The translations under genes and the position numbers were made by a program. The notes under the pieces were generated by a model, which made no database searches, had not been told where the DNA came from, and saw only the letters and a list, made by a program, of their open reading frames with translations. From the NCBI GenBank assembly GCA_014191415.1, contig BJHB01000001.1, positions 1 to 38,394 of the forward strand: a stretch of DNA of 38,394 nucleotides, written 5' to 3'. The DNA is from Chloroflexota bacterium. Its GTDB lineage: Bacteria > Chloroflexota > UBA11872 > UBA12225. Below are positions 1 through 8,289 of the stretch, in pieces. Within the stretch, counting starts at the first letter, position 1. Each line of letters opens with the position of its first letter.

Positions 1-48
1 CGCGCCCGCGTCTCGGTAATCCTCCCCGAAGACGCAACAACCCGGGCC

Positions 49-645
49 ATGGCAATCCGGTCCGTCCCAATCCTCGACGCCGTTCCAGCTTCCAGTGAAC
101 TCGCTCTCCTTCGGACGTTCGACGAACGCCCCCCTACCGTTGTCTTCCACGCGCAGGACTGGGGCCACCCTGCCGACACGGCGCACGCGGATGCTCCAAG
201 CGGGGCAAGGCTCATCGAAAGCTTCACGATCAACGCCGACCTGCATCGTCATCTTGCCGAGGGCAACCTACGACGGCGAACATTCCTGGGCCAACTGACC
301 GCACCGGCACGTGCACTCGCTCACCATCCAGATGCGCGGATTGGCGCTGCGGCCGCCGATGCCGTCAATCGTTCGGGATATAGCCTCCGCGACCGTCCGG
401 CAGGACGCCGTAATCAGGAGACCAGTGGCACCGTTCGGCTTGCTACCGGAAGATACGTCCCGACCCTCGGGTGGCGACGTCTGGGCAACGCATCACTAGC
501 CGAGTGTGCTCTCGCGCGCTACGGGGCGCATGGCATTACAATCCAGGCCTTTGATGGCACGGTATCTGGACGGATTGGCACCGCCCTCAGCGCGCTTGAA
601 GGTGCCCTGCTCGCCCGGTTGGGCCTCTCCACCGAAGACCGCTAG
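49..645 (+). CDS. hypothetical protein (weakly supported ORF)
   Basis: Only uninterrupted long ORF here (198 aa, ATG). No recognisable motif and no SD upstream. The Arg/Ala-rich composition is compatible with a GC-driven spurious ORF. Confidence 0.25.
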   Translation: MAIRSVPILDAVPASSELALLRTFDERPPTVVFHAQDWGHPADTAHADAPSGARLIESFTINADLHRHLAEGNLRRRTFLGQLTAPARALAHHPDARIGAAAADAVNRSGYSLRDRPAGRRNQETSGTVRLATGRYVPTLGWRRLGNASLAECALARYGAHGITIQAFDGTVSGRIGTALSALEGALLARLGLSTEDR

Positions 646-743
646 GCTCGGCACAGTCTCCATCTTCAACTGGATCCGGATCAACGCGACACCCATCACG
701 TTCCGTGGTGCCGTCAAGGGTCGCGTGGCATCCAAGTCGGCGC

Positions 744-1034
744 CTACGTATAGCCGCCGTGAACGCGTTCGACGTCCAGGATGTCCCGTAGATGGTCACC
801 GGCCGCACGGACTTTCCAGAAGAGTTCACTATCCAGGTGTTCAAGCATTCCGTACGCGCCAATGCCAACCGCAAGGGTATGGACGCGTCCCAGAAGCTTC
901 TCAGCCTCGGTAATCGCGATCAGCATGTCGCCAAGTGCGCGGTACACCTCAGGGTCATCAAGGGGCAGCAAATCGTCATCGGACACCGCAGGAGCATAGC
1001 GGATGCCGCGCCGCGTTCGCGGCACTGCGGCCAA
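744..1034 (-). CDS. hypothetical protein
   Basis: 96-aa ORF (TTG in ORF track) with balanced acidic, helix-like composition (DDPEVYRALGDMLIAITEAEKLLGRVH...), unlike the neighbouring Arg/Cys/Trp-rich frames. No family recognised, no clear ribosome-binding site. Confidence 0.35.
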   Translation of the reverse strand: MAAVPRTRRGIRYAPAVSDDDLLPLDDPEVYRALGDMLIAITEAEKLLGRVHTLAVGIGAYGMLEHLDSELFWKVRAAGDHLRDILDVERVHGGYT

Positions 1035-1072
1035 AAAGACGCTAAAATGCGGCCGACCAATTCTCGCGGCAT

Positions 1073-1636
1073 GTGAGCGGCCATCCGAGTGCCGCGCATC
1101 TTCCCAGGGTCGGTTCCATCAATATTTCTGTGGGGACGGTTCCAGTCATGCCAGAGATCGGTCGTGCCGAAGAACTCGAACGTGTCACCTTGGACCTGTC
1201 CCGATCCGAACTGGATGACCTGATCATTCATGTGAGGACCGGTACCCGACTCCGACCGGGACAACCTCGTCAACAGCGCCTGCTTGCCAAATTGAGGGGC
1301 TTCGGATCATCACAAACCGATGGCGATGACGAACCAGATACGGCCGTTTGCCCACTCGAACGCGACACACCCGATGACGTGGGGTGGCTTGCCGGATGGG
1401 TGCACGGCCGTCTGCACGAACTGACCGATGGCGATGACCGTGCCGTCGTGTGGAAGCAAGCGCACCTCGTGCGTTTCCTCCTCGGCCGGATGCATGACTA
1501 CTTTGCCGAGCAGGACCAACAGACCCTTGCAGTCTCTGCCTTCATGGCCGAAGGACAAGTTGCGCACATCGCACGCTACTTGGAGCACGCCGCCTCATGC
1601 GATGCCGATGAGCTTCGTGGGAGCCGGCGCGCCTGA
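1073..1636 (+). CDS. hypothetical protein (mutually exclusive with the antisense ORF 1310..1588)
   Basis: 187-aa ORF with GTG start and no SD. The C-terminal ~100 aa look protein-like; the N-terminal part is Arg/Pro/Gln-rich. It is in exact antisense codon register with 1310..1588(-), so composition cannot separate the two. Confidence 0.25.
   Translation: MSGHPSAAHLPRVGSINISVGTVPVMPEIGRAEELERVTLDLSRSELDDLIIHVRTGTRLRPGQPRQQRLLAKLRGFGSSQTDGDDEPDTAVCPLERDTPDDVGWLAGWVHGRLHELTDGDDRAVVWKQAHLVRFLLGRMHDYFAEQDQQTLAVSAFMAEGQVAHIARYLEHAASCDADELRGSRRA
1310..1588 (-). CDS. hypothetical small protein (alternative to 1073..1636 +)
   Basis: 92-aa ORF with a GTG start preceded by GAGG 4 nt upstream (tGAGGcggcGTG). 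It ends in two consecutive TGA codons (1310-1312, 1307-1309). Protein-like composition, no family recognised. Confidence 0.3.
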   Translation of the reverse strand: MLQVACDVRNLSFGHEGRDCKGLLVLLGKVVMHPAEEETHEVRLLPHDGTVIAIGQFVQTAVHPSGKPPHVIGCVAFEWANGRIWFVIAIGL

Positions 1637-1786
1637 CCACAAGGGTCGGGACGCCTTCCCACTTCCCGCCCCGGCAACCCTTCGGCAGACCCATGTCCCA
1701 GAGGTTGCCAGGTGCGCGTGGGGGTCAGGATTGGGGGTCTGGCGTTCCCCAGTCCTGACCTTCACCTTCTTTCTCGCCGGGACGGA

Positions 1787-2731
1787 TCAGTAGCCCCCGT
1801 GCTTGTCCACAACGTTGTGCAGTGGCTGTCCCGAGACAAACCGCTTGACATTCTCGAGAAGCACCTCGTAACGCCGGTCCTCCTCGTGTGAACCAACCCC
1901 TGCCGTGTGCGGGGTCAGGATCACGTTGGGCATTCCCCAAAGTGGATGGTCGGAAACCAGTGGTTCAACCTCGAACACATCAAGGGCCGCGCCGGCAAGA
2001 TGACCCGATCCGAGTGCCTGAACCAAGGGATCCAACAAGACAACACGTCCCCGGCCGATATTGATGAAGTACGCACCTTGTTTCATCAGTGAAAACCGTT
2101 CGGCGTTGAACAGGCCACGGGTCTCGGGTGTCTCAGGTGCGCAGACCACCACGAAATCACTCTCGGCAAGTAGGTCATCCAGACGGTCAGGCCCCCACAA
2201 CGCATCCACCTCAGGCGGACATTCGGTGAGCCGAGGGTCCGTCGCGATGATCCGCATGCCGTGCGGACGCGCGCGTCGGGCGACCCCGGCACCAATTCCT
2301 CCCAGACCGACAATGCCCAACGTCATGCGGGGCAGGTCCAGAACCTTGACCTCGTCAAAGGCCCATCGTCGTTCGAGTTGACGCCGGATCATCGAATGAA
2401 GGTCCCGGGCAAAGCACAGGATGTAGCCCAGGACCTGATCCGGGATCATGTCGTGGAAGATGCCACGCATGTTGGTCACGACCACCGGATGGGCCTGCAG
2501 CTCCGGGAAGAAATAGCGTTCCAGACCAGCCATGGGGGTCTGAATCCATTGAAGATTCCGGGCACCCGCAAGGATGCGAGGGGACATCGCACCAAAGAAC
2601 GCATCCGCCGTGGCCACCAACGCAACCGCCTCATCCTCTACAGACGTGGTCTCGACAGTAATGTCGGGAACATCTGTGCGAAGGCGCGGTGCCCAACGAG
2701 GGCCATCTGGCCCATACAGGACTATCTGCAC
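1787..2731 (-). CDS. D-isomer-specific 2-hydroxyacid dehydrogenase family (PGDH/GyaR-like), NAD-binding
   Basis: Rossmann motif GIVGLGGIGAGVARRA. Family motifs NIGRGRVV, LDVFEVEPL and TPHTAG are present. GTG start with AAGGAG 7 nt upstream. Confidence 0.9.
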   Translation of the reverse strand: MQIVLYGPDGPRWAPRLRTDVPDITVETTSVEDEAVALVATADAFFGAMSPRILAGARNLQWIQTPMAGLERYFFPELQAHPVVVTNMRGIFHDMIPDQVLGYILCFARDLHSMIRRQLERRWAFDEVKVLDLPRMTLGIVGLGGIGAGVARRARPHGMRIIATDPRLTECPPEVDALWGPDRLDDLLAESDFVVVCAPETPETRGLFNAERFSLMKQGAYFINIGRGRVVLLDPLVQALGSGHLAGAALDVFEVEPLVSDHPLWGMPNVILTPHTAGVGSHEEDRRYEVLLENVKRFVSGQPLHNVVDKHGGY

Positions 2732-2752
2732 GGCAATCTCCTTGAAGGTTGG

Positions 2753-3181
2753 TCAGGCGTGCAGGCGACGTTCGAAGAACTCGACCGGATTGCCCTCTGG
2801 ATCCGCAACGAAGCAGAGTTTCGCAGTAGCCTTCGGCCACTCCATCGACAACGGGCCTGCGGTGATCGCCACCCCATGCGCGGTCAGGTATGCAACCCAA
2901 TCATCAAGGTCTGGAACCAGCAGTGCAAGATGCTGGATGCCTGCATGGTTTCCCGCCGGTCGCATCGGTTCGTAGTGCGGGTTCCCGATAAGTTCGATGT
3001 ATCCCGCTTCTCCCATCTCAAGCAGGACAAGCGTATTGCCTGACCCGGCGATGACACGGTCAAACTCGGGCAGTCCAAGCAAGTCGCGGTAGAACGCCAA
3101 TGCAGCGTCAAGGTCACGAACGCGGATCCCGACATGTTCGGTCTTGAGAACGGGGGGAGGGCCACCCTGAGCCATCGTCAT
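2753..3181 (-). CDS. VOC / glyoxalase-bleomycin resistance-dioxygenase family protein
   Basis: N-terminal HVGIRVRDLDAALAFYRDLLGL motif and a second beta-alpha-beta module (GIQHLALLVPDLD). ATG preceded by GAGGAG. Sits 21 nt upstream of the dehydrogenase, so probably an operon. Confidence 0.85.
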   Translation of the reverse strand: MTMAQGGPPPVLKTEHVGIRVRDLDAALAFYRDLLGLPEFDRVIAGSGNTLVLLEMGEAGYIELIGNPHYEPMRPAGNHAGIQHLALLVPDLDDWVAYLTAHGVAITAGPLSMEWPKATAKLCFVADPEGNPVEFFERRLHA

Positions 3182-3251
3182 TGTCTCCTCGTCGCATCAC
3201 GATCAGCGTGAAGCGCGTGGTGAGGGTACCCGGCATCCGGACAGGCGAGAC

Positions 3252-3284
3252 AAAAAAATCCGGGTTCCACATACTGGAACCCGG
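3252..3284 (-). terminator. intrinsic terminator after the YVTN gene
   Basis: Perfect 10-bp stem (3260-3269 / 3275-3284, CCGGGTTCCA...TGGAACCCGG) with a 5-nt loop. Followed on the minus strand by U7 (plus-strand A7 at 3252-3258). Confidence 0.85.
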
Positions 3285-3312
3285 CGACTTTCTTCGGCTG
3301 AGAACTGAGGTC

Positions 3313-4590
3313 TCAGTCGCGTGTTGGAATGGTCCGGGCCACCCGGCGTCGCACCAAAGCGAGAACCAGTCCAAAGCCAATACCGGCACCGGCATAGGGG
3401 AGGTAGGTGAGTGGGTCGGGTCCGGCCCAAACCGATCCGTCACCGGTATTCGGCATGCTCTTCGGCAGGACCGATGGCCCCGAAGCACCCGTGCCTCGTG
3501 AAACCGCTTCCGAAGCACCCCCCACCACCGCACCCGACGGGGGCTTTGAACCCTGTGCCTGTGGTGCCGGTCCGGCGGGACGCGTTGCCGGAACCATCTG
3601 GACTGGTGCTACCGCAATCGCGATTGGTCGCGAGCCGACATTCACGATCTTGGACTGTTCCAGACGAGCCATGTTGATCACCGAGACGGTGTTGTCCTGG
3701 TTGTTCGCCACATACCCGAAAGCACCGTCCGGTCCAATCGCGATACCCACCGGTCGCTTGCCAACCGCAATCGTCGCAACCGCCTTCCGTGAAGCCGGAT
3801 CGACGACCGTGACATCATTCGAGATGCTGTTGCTGACGAAAATCCGCCCATCGGGCGCAATCGTCAACCCGAGCGGGGTCAGCCCAACGGGTACCGACGC
3901 GGCAATCTTTCCAGAAGCGACTTCGACGATCGCCAGTGAATTTGTCTCAGGAACAACGGCGTAGAGGGTGCCACCGTCGGACGTCAGTGCCATGGCAACA
4001 ACTGGATTACCCATTGGGATTGGAGCACCGACACGGTCGCCATCGTCAACCGGATAGACGTTGGAATTGCCTTCGAGTGCGACGTAGGCCCGGTTGCCTG
4101 ACCGGTTCGCAACGAGGGCGATCGGCTTGCCGGGAACCTGAACGGCCTTCACCCGGGCACCCACCGCGTCTATGGTCACGATCTCACTACCTGGACCCTC
4201 GGCGACCATTGAAAATGTCGCATCGGCCGGAGCCACGACCGCTTCAGGTGCCTTGCCAACCCGCGTCGTGTTCGAAACCTGATAGTAGTCGCGGTCAATC
4301 GCCGAGACCGTCCCATTGCCACGATTGGCCACGAACGCGATACGTCCGTCCGGCGTAACGGCAACCCCACGAGGCGCAGGACCAACGGGCACGGTCACAA
4401 GGACCGTATTGCCGACATGTTCGATGACCGAGACAGAACCCGATCCTTCATTGGCCACATAGACCGTGCCAACGCCATTCGCTCCTGCCGGCAAGGCCGG
4501 GAGACCAGCCGCTGCCAGGCCGGCAACTGCAGCCAGCACCATTCCGGCACGCGTGATCTGTGCCCGCACAAAGCGTCCGTTTCGCGCCAC
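3313..4590 (-). CDS. secreted YVTN-type beta-propeller repeat protein with C-terminal sortase sorting signal
   Basis: N-terminal signal-like segment (MVLAAVAGLAAAGLPALPAGA). At least 5 repeats of the pattern P.G.A..PDG...YVAN...N.VSVID. C-terminus is MPNTG (3442-3456), then a hydrophobic stretch (AGAGIGFGLVLALV), then RRRVAR. GTG start with GGAGGAAG upstream. Confidence 0.8.
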   Translation of the reverse strand: MARNGRFVRAQITRAGMVLAAVAGLAAAGLPALPAGANGVGTVYVANEGSGSVSVIEHVGNTVLVTVPVGPAPRGVAVTPDGRIAFVANRGNGTVSAIDRDYYQVSNTTRVGKAPEAVVAPADATFSMVAEGPGSEIVTIDAVGARVKAVQVPGKPIALVANRSGNRAYVALEGNSNVYPVDDGDRVGAPIPMGNPVVAMALTSDGGTLYAVVPETNSLAIVEVASGKIAASVPVGLTPLGLTIAPDGRIFVSNSISNDVTVVDPASRKAVATIAVGKRPVGIAIGPDGAFGYVANNQDNTVSVINMARLEQSKIVNVGSRPIAIAVAPVQMVPATRPAGPAPQAQGSKPPSGAVVGGASEAVSRGTGASGPSVLPKSMPNTGDGSVWAGPDPLTYLPYAGAGIGFGLVLALVRRRVARTIPTRD

Positions 4591-4636
4591 GGTCTTCCTC
4601 CACCGATGAACCGAATGAGCGGGTCACCGAGCTACT

Positions 4637-4993
4637 TCAGGATACCTGCGAAAGCAATGCACTCAAAGGTGCGTTGGGATCGCCGGTATCTATTGGAGCG
4701 GGCGACCCAGTCGCACGCGCCTGTTGGGCATCAAGTTCGTACAAGAACACCAGAAGTTCGGCAATCGCCGTGTACAAGGCTGGCGGTATTGCCTGACCGA
4801 CCTCGAGATGAGAAAGGGCCATGGCGAGTGCCGGATCATGCTCGACAGGAACACCATTCGCCTCGGCCATCGCCACGATTTCGTCGGCAAGGAACCCCCG
4901 ACCGGACGCGGCAATCACCGGGGCCTCGGCGCGACCATTCGAACCCGGAGTCCACGGTAGCCCTCCGCGCAACGCAACCGCGACTTTTCTCAT
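4637..4993 (-). CDS. free-standing FlhB C-terminal-domain-like protein (EscU/YscU/HrcU family, YlqH-like)
   Basis: 118 aa matching the FlhB C-terminal fold pattern: KVAVAL....APVIAASGRGFLADEIVAMAEANGVPVEHDPALAMAL...GQAIPPALYTAIAELLVFLYELD. No transmembrane domain and no NPTH autocleavage motif. Confidence 0.85.
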   Translation of the reverse strand: MRKVAVALRGGLPWTPGSNGRAEAPVIAASGRGFLADEIVAMAEANGVPVEHDPALAMALSHLEVGQAIPPALYTAIAELLVFLYELDAQQARATGSPAPIDTGDPNAPLSALLSQVS

Positions 4994-5089
4994 TGAATCG
5001 CTGTCTTACTCATCCTATGGTCGGCAGAAACGTGAACCTCTGCAGTGGCATCAGGCCTCGCCACGCACATTCCGGAAACTCGCCTTCAC

Positions 5090-7285
5090 TTACAAGCCCA
5101 TGTCAACCCGGCGGACCACGGCACGTCCGGCATCAGACGGCGCAACCACGAGCGGCCGATAGTCCAGTCCTTCCACGGAAAAGCCTGCACCTCGAAGCCG
5201 GTCAAGCAAGCCATCACCATTCTGTTGCAGAAGTGCGTAGGTGTCCTCCCGATCGGCAGTCAACCGGCAGCGCAAGCTAGTGCCAATGATTCGGATGTCG
5301 GCACCGACGCGACCGAGAGATTCCATATCGAGACGCATCCGGGCGTGCAATCCCGTACTCGACTCTTCCGGTCCATCCTGCCGACGCCCGCCATCCCGCC
5401 AAACTGCCAACTCAAGCGTAGTCAACTGTCCAGCGAATGCCAACGGAATGGAAAAATTCAGCGCATCACCCGGAGCTGGGATCGGGATATTGGTCGGAAA
5501 CGCAGCCGGAGTGCCATCTGGTCGCACGCCAGCGGTGGTGGAGGCCGGCGTGCCTGCGGTGGTGCCCGCCGGAGATTGCCCAGTCGATGGTTGGGCATCC
5601 CAGCCACCACGCGACAGCGTCGCCGAGTTTCCGAGTTGCTGGTATTCCAGCCGGTCATGAAGGACACGGGCAAGCATCGCCGCGGGCGTGCCTCCTCCAC
5701 GGTCCGGGGTCCCCGCAGTCTGCCCCGCAAGTGTCTGCGGGTTAGGTGGCGGACTTGCCATCGTTGAGGACGTCGGCCCCGGCGCCGTCGGCAAGCTCGA
5801 AGCGCCACTGCCCCCAAGCATCGTCAGCAGGGCACCAAGCACCGTCCGCGCATCCGCACCCGCGGTTGCCCATGTCCCAACACCGATCGGGATTGCACCC
5901 ATCATCGCGATTGGCAAGGGTGGCAACGCGCCTGGCACCGGTATTGCCGGAACACCGGTTGCGGAGATGCCAATCTGCAGTGGGGGCGGTGTTGCCTGAC
6001 CGACTGTCGATGCCGTGCGCGTACCGCCCCCAATCGAACCCGTGGCTCCCTCCACGGTACCGACTGACCCAACCTGCACCCCGCCAGACCCAACCACCGA
6101 TGTCGCACCTGTGCTCAACGATGGGGCAGGTAGCGGACCCGCTTGCGAATCCCCCGCCGGCAAACCGGTCGGAAGCGTGGCCGGTGCAACCGATCCCGTT
6201 GCGACCGCCGCACTCGAACCATTGGCACCTGCCCCGGTAGCAACCGCCTCACTCGCCCCTGACGAATCGACCGCCATCGCAATTAACCGGGCCAGACGCG
6301 CCTCCGGTGCACCCTGCAACACCGATACAACCCGTTGCAGTTCGGATCCCGTGGGCGACTGCACCACCATCGACGCAAGCAGGCGCATCAGCGCGCCTCG
6401 AGTTGTCTCACCGGGCACACCGCCGAGAGTGCCGGTAGCCACCTGACCGGGCAACGTTCCGGGCGTTGCACTTCCGGAAGACCCTCGTGAACCGCCACGC
6501 GAGCCTTCAGTTGCACCATCCAAGGAATAGTCAAGCGCGCCAGGCGGTGCACTGTCTATCGCGACGATAAGTTCTCGGAAGAGGTCTCCCATCGGGGCCG
6601 CAACCGCGCCAGACGCCCCCGCCCCACGTGCCAACGAAGCACTTCGCGCCGTAACCGGGATCCCGCGCAGCATGGCATCGACCGCGCCGCGGGCGTTTGT
6701 CAGTTCCTGGCCACTGTCGCGCGCCACCACAGCCCGCAGCGCCACGATCGTTTCGCGCGTCAGGGGTTGACCGCGTTCGACGAGCGCAGTGACAACCGCC
6801 CGGGTCGCCGGCGTGTCGGGCAGGTCGAGCGCCCGAAGGACCGCACTGGGATCGAGCGGCGCCGTAGGGGTGCGGGCAGGCGACCCACCCCCCTCCACCA
6901 ACCTCAACACGAGACGCTCAGCCGATACCGTGGAGACAGATAGGTTGACTACCTGGCCCTCGTGCAGTCCATCTGGAACCTCGGCCGCGACCCGCTGGCC
7001 ATCCATGAGCAAGAGGGCGCGGCCCGCCGCTGCATCTGTCACAAGGACCTGCGCAGAGATCTGCTGACCCACCCGAAGGTTCTGGAATGGAGATGCGCCG
7101 GCACCATTCAGGCCTGTCCCGGCAATCGGGGGGATCCAAAGGACGGCGGGCGAAGAAGCACTGATTGCGCCGACCCCGCCGACCAAACCAGGTGCGGATG
7201 CCGTGCCCGAACCGACAGACACCCCGCCGCTACCGAGGCCGGGGGTCGTCCCGGACAACCCCCGGGAGGAACCCGTGGAACTCAT
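5090..7285 (-). CDS. FliK-like protein (second hook-length-control paralog), Gly/Ala/Ser/Thr/Pro-rich
   Basis: The C-terminal ~100 aa resemble the Flg_hook domain (FSIPLAFAGQLTTLELAVWRDG...LHARMRLDMESLGRVGADIRIIGTSLRCRLTADREDTYALLQQNGDGLLDRLRGAGFSVEGLD). Long low-complexity centre. ATG start without an obvious SD. Confidence 0.65.
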   Translation of the reverse strand: MSSTGSSRGLSGTTPGLGSGGVSVGSGTASAPGLVGGVGAISASSPAVLWIPPIAGTGLNGAGASPFQNLRVGQQISAQVLVTDAAAGRALLLMDGQRVAAEVPDGLHEGQVVNLSVSTVSAERLVLRLVEGGGSPARTPTAPLDPSAVLRALDLPDTPATRAVVTALVERGQPLTRETIVALRAVVARDSGQELTNARGAVDAMLRGIPVTARSASLARGAGASGAVAAPMGDLFRELIVAIDSAPPGALDYSLDGATEGSRGGSRGSSGSATPGTLPGQVATGTLGGVPGETTRGALMRLLASMVVQSPTGSELQRVVSVLQGAPEARLARLIAMAVDSSGASEAVATGAGANGSSAAVATGSVAPATLPTGLPAGDSQAGPLPAPSLSTGATSVVGSGGVQVGSVGTVEGATGSIGGGTRTASTVGQATPPPLQIGISATGVPAIPVPGALPPLPIAMMGAIPIGVGTWATAGADARTVLGALLTMLGGSGASSLPTAPGPTSSTMASPPPNPQTLAGQTAGTPDRGGGTPAAMLARVLHDRLEYQQLGNSATLSRGGWDAQPSTGQSPAGTTAGTPASTTAGVRPDGTPAAFPTNIPIPAPGDALNFSIPLAFAGQLTTLELAVWRDGGRRQDGPEESSTGLHARMRLDMESLGRVGADIRIIGTSLRCRLTADREDTYALLQQNGDGLLDRLRGAGFSVEGLDYRPLVVAPSDAGRAVVRRVDMGL

Positions 7286-7405
7286 GGCGCCACGTCACGA
7301 TCTGTGCGCCGCACCTGTGACGGACGCACAACCTCAGGGATTGCCAACGAGAGCCGCGAGTTTGATTCCAACCACGAATGTAATCGAGTCATGATTGCCA
7401 TGACC

Positions 7406-8122
7406 TCACTTGCGCAAGGCTCGGACGACCACTCGCGAGTCGTATCGCCGAGAAACCGGATTCCACTTGCCGCCGCAGGTGATAAGCGTCAATCCGTAGG
7501 CGACGATAGGTTCAAACACAACCTTCGGCGCAGCCCCGTCTGCCGGAAACTCTCGATGCCACTCAACGTCGTACTTGTGTTCCACACCATCCGCCCCGCG
7601 AATGATCACCGGATCCCCAGACTTGGCCGAGGCGAGTTTGTTGAACACACCCGGCGCCCCCTGCCAGTCAAGATGCCCGGCCAGGATCGAGTTTCCCCGT
7701 AGCCCCGGGCGCGGGCTGTACTCAAACCACCCGATCTCCCCCGCGCGCTTTGGCACGTCCATCGAACCGTCATTCGTCAGACCAACCGCCACGACCGGCG
7801 CATCAACGCCGATCGACGGGATTGCCATGTACAGGGGCAACTCAAGGTGATCTATCGTCTTCGCCTTGGCGGTACTCGACCACGTCTTGATGCCAGGCAC
7901 CGGTGTCGGCGCGGGGGCACTCGCAGTCTGGGTGGCTGGAGCCTTCCGCGACCAAGGCAGGCCATCTCGAACAACCAGCACGCTACCCGCACCGAGAAGC
8001 GCTGCAAAACCCGCCGATCCGCCGACTAGGGCACGGCGTGTCCGCTTGTCATCCCATCGGGACGGCGGAGGCGTGGGTGTCGTCTGTTGGTCGGTCATTG
8101 CCATGGATGGCCCACGCCGCAT
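7406..8122 (-). CDS. membrane-anchored sortase (class E/F-like transpeptidase)
   Basis: Candidate catalytic residues: His in ILAGHLD, TLITC motif in LTLITCGG, Arg in SRVVVRALR. N-terminal TM anchor (ALVGGSAGFAALLGAGSVLVV). The ORF-track TTG start at 8206 lies inside the flgE terminator U-tract. In-frame ATGs at 8122, 8104 and 8098 are more likely, but none has a clear SD. Confidence 0.8.
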   Translation of the reverse strand: MRRGPSMAMTDQQTTPTPPPSRWDDKRTRRALVGGSAGFAALLGAGSVLVVRDGLPWSRKAPATQTASAPAPTPVPGIKTWSSTAKAKTIDHLELPLYMAIPSIGVDAPVVAVGLTNDGSMDVPKRAGEIGWFEYSPRPGLRGNSILAGHLDWQGAPGVFNKLASAKSGDPVIIRGADGVEHKYDVEWHREFPADGAAPKVVFEPIVAYGLTLITCGGKWNPVSRRYDSRVVVRALRK

Positions 8123-8203
8123 GACGCCATGCGGTTGAACCCTTTCCACAAGTATCGGGTGCAATCTCAGGGTCTGAAGTGGCGGAGCCCTTGTTGAAGG
8201 CAC

Positions 8204-8245
8204 CAAAAGCCGACGGGCGCCACCTCCGAGGAGATGGCGCCCGTC
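8204..8245 (-). terminator. intrinsic terminator after flgE
   Basis: Perfect 11-bp stem (8212-8222 GACGGGCGCCA / 8235-8245 TGGCGCCCGTC) with a 12-nt loop. On the minus strand it is followed, after 3 nt, by UUUU (plus-strand A4 at 8205-8208). Confidence 0.65.
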
Positions 8246-8289
8246 TATTACGCTGCTTCCCGCGATGACGCCCGCGGAGGCGGGGGCTA

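Noticed and set aside
920-1273. ORF 920..1273 (-), considered as part of a frameshifted pseudogene together with 744..1034 (-) and 1310..1588 (-)
   Set aside because: It is separated from 1310..1588 by two consecutive in-frame TGA codons, which looks like genuine termination. It has no SD. Its C-terminal half is Cys/Arg-rich and overlaps 744..1034. I could not recognise any family that would justify joining the pieces.
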